Part shown: positions 1-7,888 of the stretch, piece after piece
Numbering within the stretch: position 1 is the stretch's first letter
How the letters are laid out: each line of letters starts with the position of its first letter
Source: Myxococcota bacterium
Lineage (GTDB): Bacteria > Myxococcota_A > UBA9160 > UBA4427
Assembly: GCA_036336835.1 (NCBI GenBank)
Contig: JAYZFK010000033.1
Span: 1 to 24,988, forward strand
DNA: 24,988 bases
Reading direction: 5' to 3'
Translations under genes and position numbers: made by a program
Notes under the pieces: model-generated
Databases searched by the model: none
The model's input: only the letters and a program-made list of their open reading frames with translations
Told to the model about the DNA's origin: nothing

Positions 1-216
1 GAGATGACGCTTCGCGTGTACGCCCACGCCATGCGTGAAGAGGAATCCGACCTGAGTTTCCTCGACTTTGGCGGCACCAAACGGCACCCCCGCGGCACCA
101 GCGCTCGCGCACTCGCCACGACGACAAAGCCCCCTCGCGCAACCATGCGAAGGGGCTTGGGAAAACTGGAGCGCGAGACCGGGCTCGAACCGGCGACCCT
201 CAGCTTGGGAAGCTGA
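1..216 (+). CDS. C-terminal fragment of a tyrosine recombinase/integrase (5' end outside window); frame runs antisense into tRNA-Gly
   Basis: Frame open from base 1: EMTLRVYAHAM resembles the TxxxYAH catalytic-tyrosine box of phage integrases; abuts the 3' end of a tRNA; stop TGA at 214-216. Confidence 0.7.
   Translation, partial: EMTLRVYAHAMREEESDLSFLDFGGTKRHPRGTSARALATTTKPPRATMRRGLGKLERETGLEPATLSLGS
72..99 (+). repeat. Three CGGCACC direct repeats at 72, 82 and 93
   Basis: gCGGCACCaaaCGGCACCcccgCGGCACCa; 10 and 11 bp periodicity. Confidence 0.7.
121..158 (-). terminator. Putative intrinsic terminator downstream of tRNA-Gly
   Basis: Minus strand AAGCCCCTTCGC-8 nt loop-GCGAGGGGGCTT then TGTCGT; 12 bp stem with one G-U pair, short U tract. 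Confidence 0.6.
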
Positions 217-242
217 TGCTCTACCAACTGAGCTACTCGCGC
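167..242 (-). tRNA. tRNA-Gly (anticodon CCC)
   Basis: Reverse complement GCGCGAGTAGCTCAGTTGGTAGAGCATCAGCTTCCCAAGCTGAGGGTCGCCGGTTCGAGCCCGGTCTCGCGCTCCA: 76 nt cloverleaf, GTTCGA T-loop, U73 discriminator, encoded CCA. Confidence 0.98.
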
Positions 243-252
243 GCCGCGGACT

Positions 253-281
253 AGGTTGGCATCGCGGTTACGCGGTGGCAA
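253..281 (-). promoter_or_regulatory. Putative sigma70 promoter of tRNA-Gly
   Basis: TTGCCA (281-276)-N17-CAACCT (258-253) with an extended -10 TG, 10 bp upstream of the tRNA. Confidence 0.5.
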
Positions 282-301
282 GAGCGGGTGGCTCGTCGGG
301 C

Positions 302-1624
302 TCAGTCGTCGAGCAGCTCGACGAACCGGTCGTCGAGGTCGTCGGCGTCCGGGTGATCGCCCAGATCGAGCGAGCTCGCGAGGGAGTCCTCGTCGGCCAG
401 CGCGAGACGGAATACTTCCGCCATGGCCCCGACCGTCTCTTCGTCGCGGACGTGGGGAGCAGAGCCCTTCACCGAGCCGGAGAACGGAACCGGTTCGTCG
501 AGCTCCAGCTCGTCGTCGTGGTCCGCGAAGCTGGCCCCGGGCGCGCCCGGAATCTCGTCGCCGGTCGGGCGCTCGAGCTCCAGATCGAGACCAGGCAGCA
601 AGGCGGCGGCGTGGCCGTTTGCGGGGTCGGCGCCCGGTGCGTCGGTCTCCGCAGGTGTGGGCGGCGCCAACTCGTCCTGAGCGCGATCCATCGCGTCGAA
701 GGTCGGCTCGCTGGCCACCGCGGACGGCGCGGGAACTGCCACGGAGAGCGGCTCGAGCTTCGGGGCCACCAGGGCCGCGGCGACTTCCGCGACGGGCGTG
801 AACTGCGGGCTCGACGCCTGGAAGGACAGATCGGCGCCGGCGCGGCACACGTCCTGCTCGGAGACCAGCTTGCGACCGACCAGGAAGGCCTCGAAGAGCG
901 CGTTGTCGGCGAGCGTGTTCATGCGGCGCGGGCGACCGCCACCGAGCGTGTAGATGGCCTTCACGGCGCCGGGCTCGAAGATCTCCGGGTCACCGCCGGC
1001 CAGCTCGATGCGATGGGCCAGGTATGTCGCCGCCTCGCCTTCGTAGAGAGGCTGGAGCCGCGCGTGAACGTCGACCCGCTCGCCGAGTGAGGGGATGCTC
1101 GCCACCATCTCGTCGAGCTCGGAGCTGCCGACGAGCAACAGCGAGACCAGCCGGCGGTCCTCGTACTCGAGGTTCAGCAGCCCGCCGATCTCGGCCATCG
1201 CATCGAGGCCGAGCAGGTGGGCGTCGTCGATGATCAGCACGGCATGGCGCCCGTCTTCGCGGACGATGGCCAGCTGGTCGAGCAGGGCAGCCAGCAGCGC
1301 CGGCCGATCAGTCGGGGGATCTTCGAGACCCAGCTGTGCGCAGAAGCGCCGGAGCACCGAGAGGGCGTCCGCATTGCCCTGGATCATGACCAGCAGCGAC
1401 GTCTCGAACATTTCCTCTTCGAGCTGGTCGAACATCCAGCGCGCCAGCAGGCTCTTGCCGGTGCCGCCTTCGCCCGCCAGCACGACGAGCCCCCTGCTCT
1501 GCCGCAGTGCGCGTTCGACGCGCAGCTGGGCGCTCTGATGCGTCCCGCTCGCGCAGAAGAACCGAATGTCCGGCTCGTTCTGGAACGGATCCTGTTTCAG
1601 ATCGAAGTGATGCAGATGTTCCAC
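302..1624 (-). CDS. ExeA/GspA-family AAA ATPase with acidic low-complexity C-terminal tail
   Basis: N-terminal HFDLKQDPFQNEPD, Walker A GEGGTGKS, Walker B LIIDDAH, GRPRRMNTLADNAL; GTG start; follows the sgmX-like gene. Confidence 0.88.
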   Translation of the reverse strand: MEHLHHFDLKQDPFQNEPDIRFFCASGTHQSAQLRVERALRQSRGLVVLAGEGGTGKSLLARWMFDQLEEEMFETSLLVMIQGNADALSVLRRFCAQLGLEDPPTDRPALLAALLDQLAIVREDGRHAVLIIDDAHLLGLDAMAEIGGLLNLEYEDRRLVSLLLVGSSELDEMVASIPSLGERVDVHARLQPLYEGEAATYLAHRIELAGGDPEIFEPGAVKAIYTLGGGRPRRMNTLADNALFEAFLVGRKLVSEQDVCRAGADLSFQASSPQFTPVAEVAAALVAPKLEPLSVAVPAPSAVASEPTFDAMDRAQDELAPPTPAETDAPGADPANGHAAALLPGLDLELERPTGDEIPGAPGASFADHDDELELDEPVPFSGSVKGSAPHVRDEETVGAMAEVFRLALADEDSLASSLDLGDHPDADDLDDRFVELLDD

Positions 1625-1647
1625 GATGTCCTCGGGTTGTCTGGCCG

Positions 1648-4362
1648 CTAGTCGAACGAAATCGTCTTGGTGGGGCTGCGTGGCGATTCGCGGTCGAGCT
1701 CGCCGTCGTCGACCGACTGCGAGCCGTCTGCGATGGGGTCGAGATCATCAACGGCCTCAGGGGCCGCACGGACGTCCAGGAGCGCGGCCTCGGCCGTGAT
1801 CTCCGCGACCAGGTCGTCCAGGCTCTCGAAGGCCTCGCCGTCGGCCTGCTCGGGAGCTTCACCCGCCTGCTGGGAGCTCGAGCGTTCGCGCAGCTCGGCG
1901 ATCGCGCGCTCGAGCCCCGGGAACCGGGGCGACAGATCGCTCGCCGTCTCGTAGGTCGCCCGCGCCCGGTCCAGATCGCCCAAATCCGCGTAGGCGCGCC
2001 CGAGATCGAAACGGAGACCCGCGTCGCGCTCGCGGTCGAGCCCGTGGTGCGACAAGGCCTGCTGGAGGTGACCGATCGCATCGACGGGTCGCCCCAGATC
2101 GAGCGCGCACTGCGCCAACAGCTGAAGGCTGTCGACGCCCCGGGTCGGGCAACCGACGCACGCCTGGAAGGCGGTGATCGCGTCCTCGAGCAGCCCCATC
2201 TCCTTGTAGGCGATCGCCAGGTCGTAGCGCGTCTCGTAGTCGCCCTCGGCGAGCATCTCGTTCACGCCGCGCTTGAAGCTCGAGAACAGGCTCGCGAATG
2301 CCGCCTCCTCGGTGCCCTGGAGCGACGAGTCGGAGATCGCCCCGGGCTCATCGCCAGCGATCGCGTCGGAAAGCTCGGCCAACAGATCGAAGCTGTCGTC
2401 CTCGTGAGCCTGGACGAGCGCCGCCGGATCAGCGGACGGCGCGGTGAGCATGGCCGGGGAATCCTCGAGCTCGCCCGGATCCGCACTCGCGTCCGAGCGC
2501 AGCGCCTCGGAGATATCGACGGTGACGTCGAGTCCAACTTCGTCGGCGCGGAGCGTAGAGTCGCCGTCGGGCGACAGCTCGGCCGCCCCGGTCGGATCCT
2601 GGCCGAGCACGGCGGCGATCTCGCCGATCCGCAGCATCGCGCTCGGGTGATTGGGAGCGATCTCGAGAATGCGCCGGTAGGCCGCGGCCGCCTCGTCGAA
2701 CATACCCTGCCCGAAGAAGAACTCGGCTTCCTCGATCTCGTCCCTCACCTGAACCGCCGTCGTCGAGTTGCCCTGGACGGCGGTCAGCGAAGCCCCCTGC
2801 GACCCGACCAGCGCATCGAACTCCTCGTCGCTGAGATCGAGATCGATCGAAAGGTCGTCGTCGGCGGCCGCTTGGGGAAGCAGCTCGCGTGCGACATCGG
2901 CCTCGTACAGCGCCTGAGCGGCCAGATCGCTCTGCATCGCCGGGAGGGCGGCCGCCGCCTCGGCGTCGAGCCGCTCGATCCGGCCTCGCAACGCGCCGAA
3001 GCTGGCGAAGTCGTCCTCCTCCCGCGCCCGCTCGGCTGCCTGGCTCCAGATCGCGACCGCGTCCTGCTCGTCGCCGCTCTCGGCCAGCGCCTCAGCGAGC
3101 TTCTCGAGACCGCCCCGATGCCCCGGCTCCGCTGCCAGCAGCTCGCGCAGGTTGGCCACCGCCTGTTCGGGCTTGCCGTAGCGCAGATAGACGCTCGCCT
3201 CGGCCAGCAGCTGATCCGAGTCGACGCCCGGCGCCGGCAAGCGTTCCGCCGCAATCGGCGTGGTGGCCTCCAGATCGAGTCCTCGGGGAGCGACGTCGGC
3301 GAACTCGATCACGCCGTCGCCGCCGTCTGCCAGGAAGACCTCGTCGCCGAGACGTTCGTCTTCACCAATCCATCCAGCGTCGCCTAACAACTCGTCGTCG
3401 CCCGCCAGCTGGTCGTCGCCTGCCGGCTGGTCGTCCGCCGCCAAAGGCTCGTCGGGCGTCTCGGCCGCCAGCTCCGGCACCTCGACCGTCTCGCTCGCAT
3501 CGCCGAGCGACTCCACCCTGGGCAGACGCTGCATGATCGTTCGCGCGGCGTCCTCGTCGCCCCGGTCGCGATGGATCCTGGCGAGACGCTTGCTCGCGTC
3601 CAGCAGGCCCTCGGTGTTCTCGAGTGTCTTGTAGACGTCGCACAGAAGCTCGAGCGCCTCTTCGCTCTCCTCGATCTCGAGCGCGCGCTTTGCCCAGGTT
3701 TCCGCCCCTTCTGGCGAGTGCAACGTGATCGACGTGCGCGCGAGCTTGATGAGAAGATCGACGCGCCCAGGCTGCAGCGCCAGCACACGCTGGAGGACGT
3801 TCTCCGCCTCGACGCTCTCGCCCTGCCGGAGCAGCTCCTCGGCGACAACCTCGAACTCGCGGGCGGCTTCGTCGTGGAGCCCCTCGTTCTGGAGCAGCTC
3901 TGCCACCCTCAGACCGCTGGTGGTATTGCCAGGGTCGAGCTGCGCCATCTTGCGCAGCAGCTCGAGGGCCTCGCGCTTCTGGCCCTCGCGGTGGTAGCCG
4001 TCGGCGGCCGTCTGAAGCGCGCCCATCGCCTCCGCCTCGAGCCCGATTCGCTGATACAGATCCGCCAGCACGATGCAGGCCGAATAACGTTTTGGATCGA
4101 GATTCAGGATCTGCTTGTAGACGGCGACAGCGCGCGCGTCGAAGCCGTCCTGGACATACTGGTCGGCCACCTTGGTGTAGTGACCGATCGCCTCGTCGTG
4201 CTCGCCCCAGCGGCGGTGAACGTCACCGACCTCGAGACGAAGCTTGGCATCGCGCGCATCGAGCTTCAGGAGCGCGTTGTACCCCTTGAGCGCCTTCTGC
4301 TTCGCGCCCTTCTGGGCATGCTTGCGCGCAGCGTCCAGGATTTTCCGCTTGTTGACGGCCAA
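1648..4362 (-). CDS. sgmX: Large multi-TPR protein, SgmX-like polar type IV pilus activator
   Basis: TTG start with GAGGGG RBS; N-terminal TPR array (KRKILDAARKHAQKG...), acidic linkers, central TPR pairs, C-terminal TPRs (DYETRYDLAIAYKEMGL); synteny downstream of pilQ/mglC and upstream of an ExeA ATPase. Confidence 0.75.
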   Translation of the reverse strand: MAVNKRKILDAARKHAQKGAKQKALKGYNALLKLDARDAKLRLEVGDVHRRWGEHDEAIGHYTKVADQYVQDGFDARAVAVYKQILNLDPKRYSACIVLADLYQRIGLEAEAMGALQTAADGYHREGQKREALELLRKMAQLDPGNTTSGLRVAELLQNEGLHDEAAREFEVVAEELLRQGESVEAENVLQRVLALQPGRVDLLIKLARTSITLHSPEGAETWAKRALEIEESEEALELLCDVYKTLENTEGLLDASKRLARIHRDRGDEDAARTIMQRLPRVESLGDASETVEVPELAAETPDEPLAADDQPAGDDQLAGDDELLGDAGWIGEDERLGDEVFLADGGDGVIEFADVAPRGLDLEATTPIAAERLPAPGVDSDQLLAEASVYLRYGKPEQAVANLRELLAAEPGHRGGLEKLAEALAESGDEQDAVAIWSQAAERAREEDDFASFGALRGRIERLDAEAAAALPAMQSDLAAQALYEADVARELLPQAAADDDLSIDLDLSDEEFDALVGSQGASLTAVQGNSTTAVQVRDEIEEAEFFFGQGMFDEAAAAYRRILEIAPNHPSAMLRIGEIAAVLGQDPTGAAELSPDGDSTLRADEVGLDVTVDISEALRSDASADPGELEDSPAMLTAPSADPAALVQAHEDDSFDLLAELSDAIAGDEPGAISDSSLQGTEEAAFASLFSSFKRGVNEMLAEGDYETRYDLAIAYKEMGLLEDAITAFQACVGCPTRGVDSLQLLAQCALDLGRPVDAIGHLQQALSHHGLDRERDAGLRFDLGRAYADLGDLDRARATYETASDLSPRFPGLERAIAELRERSSSQQAGEAPEQADGEAFESLDDLVAEITAEAALLDVRAAPEAVDDLDPIADGSQSVDDGELDRESPRSPTKTISFD
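3391..3444. repeat. Three imperfect 18-bp in-frame tandem repeats in the sgmX-like acidic linker
   Basis: ctcgtcgtcgcccgccag / ctggtcgtcgcctgccgg / ctggtcgtccgccgccaa, encoding LAADDQ-PAGDDQ-LAGDDE. Confidence 0.75.
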
Positions 4363-4419
4363 GGGCCCCTCATTCCGATATTCGGGATCATTGCGAACGC
4401 ACAGGGTCCGCTGATAGGT

Positions 4420-4449
4420 CTATCGGCCGTTGCGATAGGCCCACTTGAG
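4420..4449 (-). promoter_or_regulatory. Sigma28/FliA-like promoter of the sgmX-exeA unit
   Basis: Minus strand cTCAAG-N16-GCCGATAG in the intergenic gap, -10 element about 57 bp upstream of the TTG. Confidence 0.6.
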
Positions 4450-4525
4450 GCCTGGAGGCGACGCTGCCGGCGCCCCGCACACTTGCGCTCTGACCGATGC
4501 CTTGCAGGAATGCTGGAAACGCGGA

Positions 4526-4972
4526 TCAGCCCTGGATGTGCTGCAGGAGCGCCTGGAGACCCAGCCGGTAGCTCGAAACGCCGAAACCGGAGATCACGCC
4601 CACGGCCACGCCGGAGACGTGGGAGTGGTGGCGAAAGCTCTCGCGCGCGAACACGTTCGACAGGTGAACCTCGACCACCGGGAGCCCCACACCAGCGAGG
4701 GCATCGCGCAGCGAGACGCTCGTGTGGGTGAGCCCGCCAGGATTGATCAGCAGCCCGTCGGCGTCATCGCGCGCCGCGTGGATCCGATCGATCAACTCGC
4801 CTTCGTGGTTCGACTGGAAGCTCGACAGCTCACAGCCGGCATCGGTCGCCTGCGCAGCCAGTCCGGCGTCGATCTCCGCCAGCGTGGTCGCGCCGTAGAC
4901 CTCGGGCTCGCGGACTCCGAGCAGGTTCAGGTTCGGACCGTGGAGCACTAGGACGTGCGGCTGATTGGACAC
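4526..4972 (-). CDS. aroQ: Type II 3-dehydroquinate dehydratase
   Basis: [55 protein letters not shown] signatures. Confidence 0.97.
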   Translation of the reverse strand: MSNQPHVLVLHGPNLNLLGVREPEVYGATTLAEIDAGLAAQATDAGCELSSFQSNHEGELIDRIHAARDDADGLLINPGGLTHTSVSLRDALAGVGLPVVEVHLSNVFARESFRHHSHVSGVAVGVISGFGVSSYRLGLQALLQHIQG

Positions 4973-5015
4973 GGCGACTCCCGGCGAGGCGCGACGACGC
5001 GCGGAGCCCCTGGGG

Positions 5016-5390
5016 TCACAGCTCGGCGCGAATCGCGATCAGATGGCGCCGGATGAGATAGCGCGCCTTCCCGAGGTTGCCATCCGGAGTCAGCACGAGC
5101 GCGATGAACGTGTCGTCGTCCACGCCGTGAACCACGATCGTGAACCGCTGCAGGGCGAACACGCACTCGCGCGGCTGCCCACCCGACAGCGCGTCGGACG
5201 CCTTGCGAACCTCGTCGACGATGCGACCGAATTCGACCCCGGCGACACCGACGTCGGCGAGCAGCCCCGCCCGTGCGGGATCGCTCACCGCGACCTGCTC
5301 GATCGGAATCCCGTCGCGCCCCATCAGAGCGGCGGCGATCCCCCCACCACATCCATCGACGATCGCGCCCAGTGTCTCGGTGAAGCTCAT
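5016..5390 (-). CDS. mglC: Roadblock/LC7 protein MglC (cell-polarity module)
   Basis: ATG at 5390 overlaps the upstream stop (ATGA); MSF...MGxDGI...DGNLGKARY...RAEL matches the myxobacterial MglC pattern; conserved position downstream of pilQ. Confidence 0.85.
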   Translation of the reverse strand: MSFTETLGAIVDGCGGGIAAALMGRDGIPIEQVAVSDPARAGLLADVGVAGVEFGRIVDEVRKASDALSGGQPRECVFALQRFTIVVHGVDDDTFIALVLTPDGNLGKARYLIRRHLIAIRAEL

Positions 5391-6112
5391 CGGCGGCTCC
5401 TCTGCAGATTGTCCAGCCACGACTCGAGAACGGCCAGCACGCGGTCGGGCGGCGTCCCCCCCAGGCCCTCCGCAGCGACCTCGCCGGCCGGCGACGCCCC
5501 CGCGGCACCCCGGAGAGGCTCGGCCGGAGCATTTGCCCCGATTCGCTCGCGGATCGCATCGGCCGCCTGCGCATCGCCCTGTGTGTCGAGCAGCCGCGCC
5601 ATCGTCTCGGTCGCGAAGGTCGAGGTGGCGTCGAGCTTGAAGCCCTCGGGTGCGTCGAGCCTGCCCTGCCGCATCGCCTCTTCGGCGAGCTGGTTCGCAT
5701 CCAGCATTTCGTCGCGCAGCGCCTCGGCACCCTCGAACGCCGCGTCGAGCTCGGCATCGGCTACGCCCTCGGTCGGCCCGTCGCTCGAGCGAGCCCGACT
5801 CCCGTCAAATGCGGCCTCGGGATCGCCGCCGAGCGGGAGCGAGCCCAGCTCGTCGGCCGCCAGCACCGCCATGGCACGCTCGAGCTCGCCGCGGGCCCCC
5901 TCGGTCTCGCCGAGATCGAGCAACGTCAAGCCGAGCGCCAGCCGACCCCGTGTGTCGTCGGGCCGCAGCGCGAGCCCCGCCGCCGCCACGCGACGGGCAT
6001 CGTCGAGCCGTCCCAGGCGCCGGTAGACCTCGACCAGCGTGGCAAAGCCCGCCGCTCCCGGGTCGGCGGCGACCCGGGCCTCGAGCGCCTCGATCTCCAG
6101 CGGCTGTGACAC
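5387..6112 (-). CDS. TPR-containing protein translationally coupled to mglC
   Basis: GTG with GGAGG RBS; TPR-like FATLVEVYRRLGRLDDA...LALGLTLLDLGE; FATETMARLLDTQGD motif; C-terminal LESWLDNLQ helix. Confidence 0.8.
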   Translation of the reverse strand: MSQPLEIEALEARVAADPGAAGFATLVEVYRRLGRLDDARRVAAAGLALRPDDTRGRLALGLTLLDLGETEGARGELERAMAVLAADELGSLPLGGDPEAAFDGSRARSSDGPTEGVADAELDAAFEGAEALRDEMLDANQLAEEAMRQGRLDAPEGFKLDATSTFATETMARLLDTQGDAQAADAIRERIGANAPAEPLRGAAGASPAGEVAAEGLGGTPPDRVLAVLESWLDNLQRSRR

Positions 6113-6142
6113 GGTCCGATCCCTCCGGCCCCACCCACGCCC

Positions 6143-7237
6143 TCAGGCGCGAGCGGGATAGACCTGCTCGGGCGTCAGCCGCCGCGTCGCGGCCGACCCG
6201 ATCCGGCGCAGCACGACGAACTGGATGCGCCGATCCCGCTTCTTCTTATCGACGCGCAGCGCCGCGAGATAAGCCTCGCGTGCGAATCGAGGAAGCTCGG
6301 TCGGCAAGCCCGCCGCAGCCAACAGCGACTCGAGCCGCTCCGCCGTCCCCGCCGGTGCGAGCGCGAGATCTTCGGACCGTCGGGCGGCGTACACCATGCC
6401 CATCGAGACCGCCTCTCCGTGCAGCACGCGGCGATAGCCGTAGTGCTTCTCGACCGCGTGGCCCAGCGTGTGGCCGAAGTTGAGCTGCACACGCACACCC
6501 TGCTCGCGCTCGTCCTCTCCCACCACGGCGGCCTTGATCCGACACGAGTCGGCGACAGCGGCGTGGAGGATGCCCGGGTCGAGCGCGAGCGCGCGGTCCA
6601 CGTTCCGCTCGAGCCGCGCGAACAGACCGACATCGCGGATCGCGGCGTGTTTGATCAGCTCTGCCATGCCGGCGGCCCGCTCGCGCCTCGGCAGAGAGCC
6701 CAGCGTGGCCGTATCGATCCACACCAGACGAGGCTGATGGAAGGCACCCACGAGATTCTTGCCCTGCTTCAGGTTGACGGCGACCTTGCCGCCGATACTC
6801 GCGTCGACCATCGCGAGCAACGTCGTCGGCACCTGGACGAACGGAATCCCGCGCAGATAGGTTGCGGCGACGTAGCCGGTCAGGTCGCCGATCATGCCAC
6901 CACCGAGCGCAACCAGTGCACCACTGCGATCCAGACCGTGCTCGAGCAGCGCGTCGTACAGCTTCGACGCCTGACGCAGACTCTTGCTCGCATCACCGGC
7001 CGGCACGTCGATCCGACGCGCGGTGAGGCCCGCCTCGCGCAGCGAGCGCAGCAGCGTCGGCGCATAACGACGTCCCACCCCAGGCTCCGTGAGCACCACG
7101 ACCCGACCAGCACCGGTGGCACGCGCGATCGGACCTCCGGCGCGCGCGAGCGACTCGCGCCCGATGCGGATCAGATAGCTGCGTTCGCCCAGTGCCACCC
7201 GGACCCGACGCTCGGACGCCGGCGCCTGCCGCCTCAT
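6143..7237 (-). CDS. aroB: 3-dehydroquinate synthase
   Basis: ALGGGMIGDLTGY, QVPTTLLAMVDASIGGK, KNLVGAFHQP, LNFGHTLGHAVE, LHGEAV; likely ATG at 7237 overlapping the aroK stop. Confidence 0.97.
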   Translation of the reverse strand: MRRQAPASERRVRVALGERSYLIRIGRESLARAGGPIARATGAGRVVVLTEPGVGRRYAPTLLRSLREAGLTARRIDVPAGDASKSLRQASKLYDALLEHGLDRSGALVALGGGMIGDLTGYVAATYLRGIPFVQVPTTLLAMVDASIGGKVAVNLKQGKNLVGAFHQPRLVWIDTATLGSLPRRERAAGMAELIKHAAIRDVGLFARLERNVDRALALDPGILHAAVADSCRIKAAVVGEDEREQGVRVQLNFGHTLGHAVEKHYGYRRVLHGEAVSMGMVYAARRSEDLALAPAGTAERLESLLAAAGLPTELPRFAREAYLAALRVDKKKRDRRIQFVVLRRIGSAATRRLTPEQVYPARA

Positions 7238-7764
7238 CGGCTCTCCTGCTCCAGGCTGTCGAGCATCGCCGCGACCTGCTCGGCGACGGCTGCCTCGTCC
7301 CACTCGTCGACATCCACGATCACGCGGGCGCTCGCATAGGCGGGCTCGCGCTCCGCGAGCAGCGCCTCGATCCGCGCGAGCCGCTCCGCGACCCCGAGTC
7401 CGGCGAGCAGCGGTCGCGACCCCGGATCGCCGATGCGCTCGAGCAACGTCTCGGGCCGAGCCCGCAGGTAGACCAGCGTTCCCCGAGCCGCCAGTCGCCC
7501 GGCCGCGCCCGGCTGGGCAGCAGCACCGCCACCCAGTGCCACCACCGCCCCGTCCTCGCCGGCCCGTTCGACGACCTCGGCCTCGAGGGCGCGAAAGGCA
7601 CTCTCGCCGTCGTGCTCGAAGATCTCGGCGATCTGCTTTCCCGCGCGCGCGCAGATCAAGGCGTCGCTGTCGACGAAGGGGCGTCCGAGCCGCTGTGCCA
7701 GCCGCGCGCCGACCGTCGACTTGCCCGCGCCCATCATCCCCACCAACCAGATCGCGCCCCGCAT
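7234..7764 (-). CDS. aroK: Shikimate kinase
   Basis: LVGMMGAGKSTVG P-loop, GESAFRALE, VVALGGG, SRPLL, REPAY. Confidence 0.96.
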   Translation of the reverse strand: MRGAIWLVGMMGAGKSTVGARLAQRLGRPFVDSDALICARAGKQIAEIFEHDGESAFRALEAEVVERAGEDGAVVALGGGAAAQPGAAGRLAARGTLVYLRARPETLLERIGDPGSRPLLAGLGVAERLARIEALLAEREPAYASARVIVDVDEWDEAAVAEQVAAMLDSLEQESR

Positions 7765-7771
7765 CGCGCGC

Positions 7772-7777
7772 AGTATA
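7772..7777 (-). promoter_or_regulatory. Sigma70 -10 box (TATACT) 7 nt upstream of the aroK ATG
   Basis: TATACT-GCGCGCG-ATG; no Shine-Dalgarno; no clear -35. Confidence 0.55.
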
Positions 7778-7819
7778 GGCGGCGCTCCGCCGTCAGCAGG
7801 CGCCGCGGCCCCAGACGCA

Positions 7820-7872
7820 GGACGGGGAGAGCCCGAAGCCTCTCCCCGTCTTGGGTCGCCTCCGAAAGGCGA
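7820..7872 (-). terminator. Tandem hairpins after pilQ (terminator or mRNA-stabilising structure)
   Basis: TCGCCT-TTCGG-AGGCGA followed by GACGGGGAGAG-GCTTCGGG-CTCTCCCCGTC (11 bp perfect stem); no U tract. Confidence 0.6.
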
Positions 7873-7888
7873 ATCGCGCCGAGCCGCG

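Larger units (their letters stand above)
1..211. mobile_element. Junction (att site) of a prophage/integrative element inserted at tRNA-Gly; element extends left of the window
   Basis: Integrase 3' end, short phased repeats and a hairpin next to the tRNA 3' end; the partner att duplicate is not in the window. Confidence 0.6.

Noticed and set aside
68..1090. 340-aa plus-strand ORF across the tRNA and exeA
   Set aside because: Antisense to a tRNA and a well-supported CDS; no domain signal
1507..3387. 626-aa plus-strand ORF
   Set aside because: Antisense shadow of the sgmX-like gene caused by high-GC codon bias; no recognisable motifs
4526..7888. Shikimate-pathway genes next to pilQ as a novel association
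   Set aside because: pilQ-aroK-aroB linkage is a long-known conserved synteny
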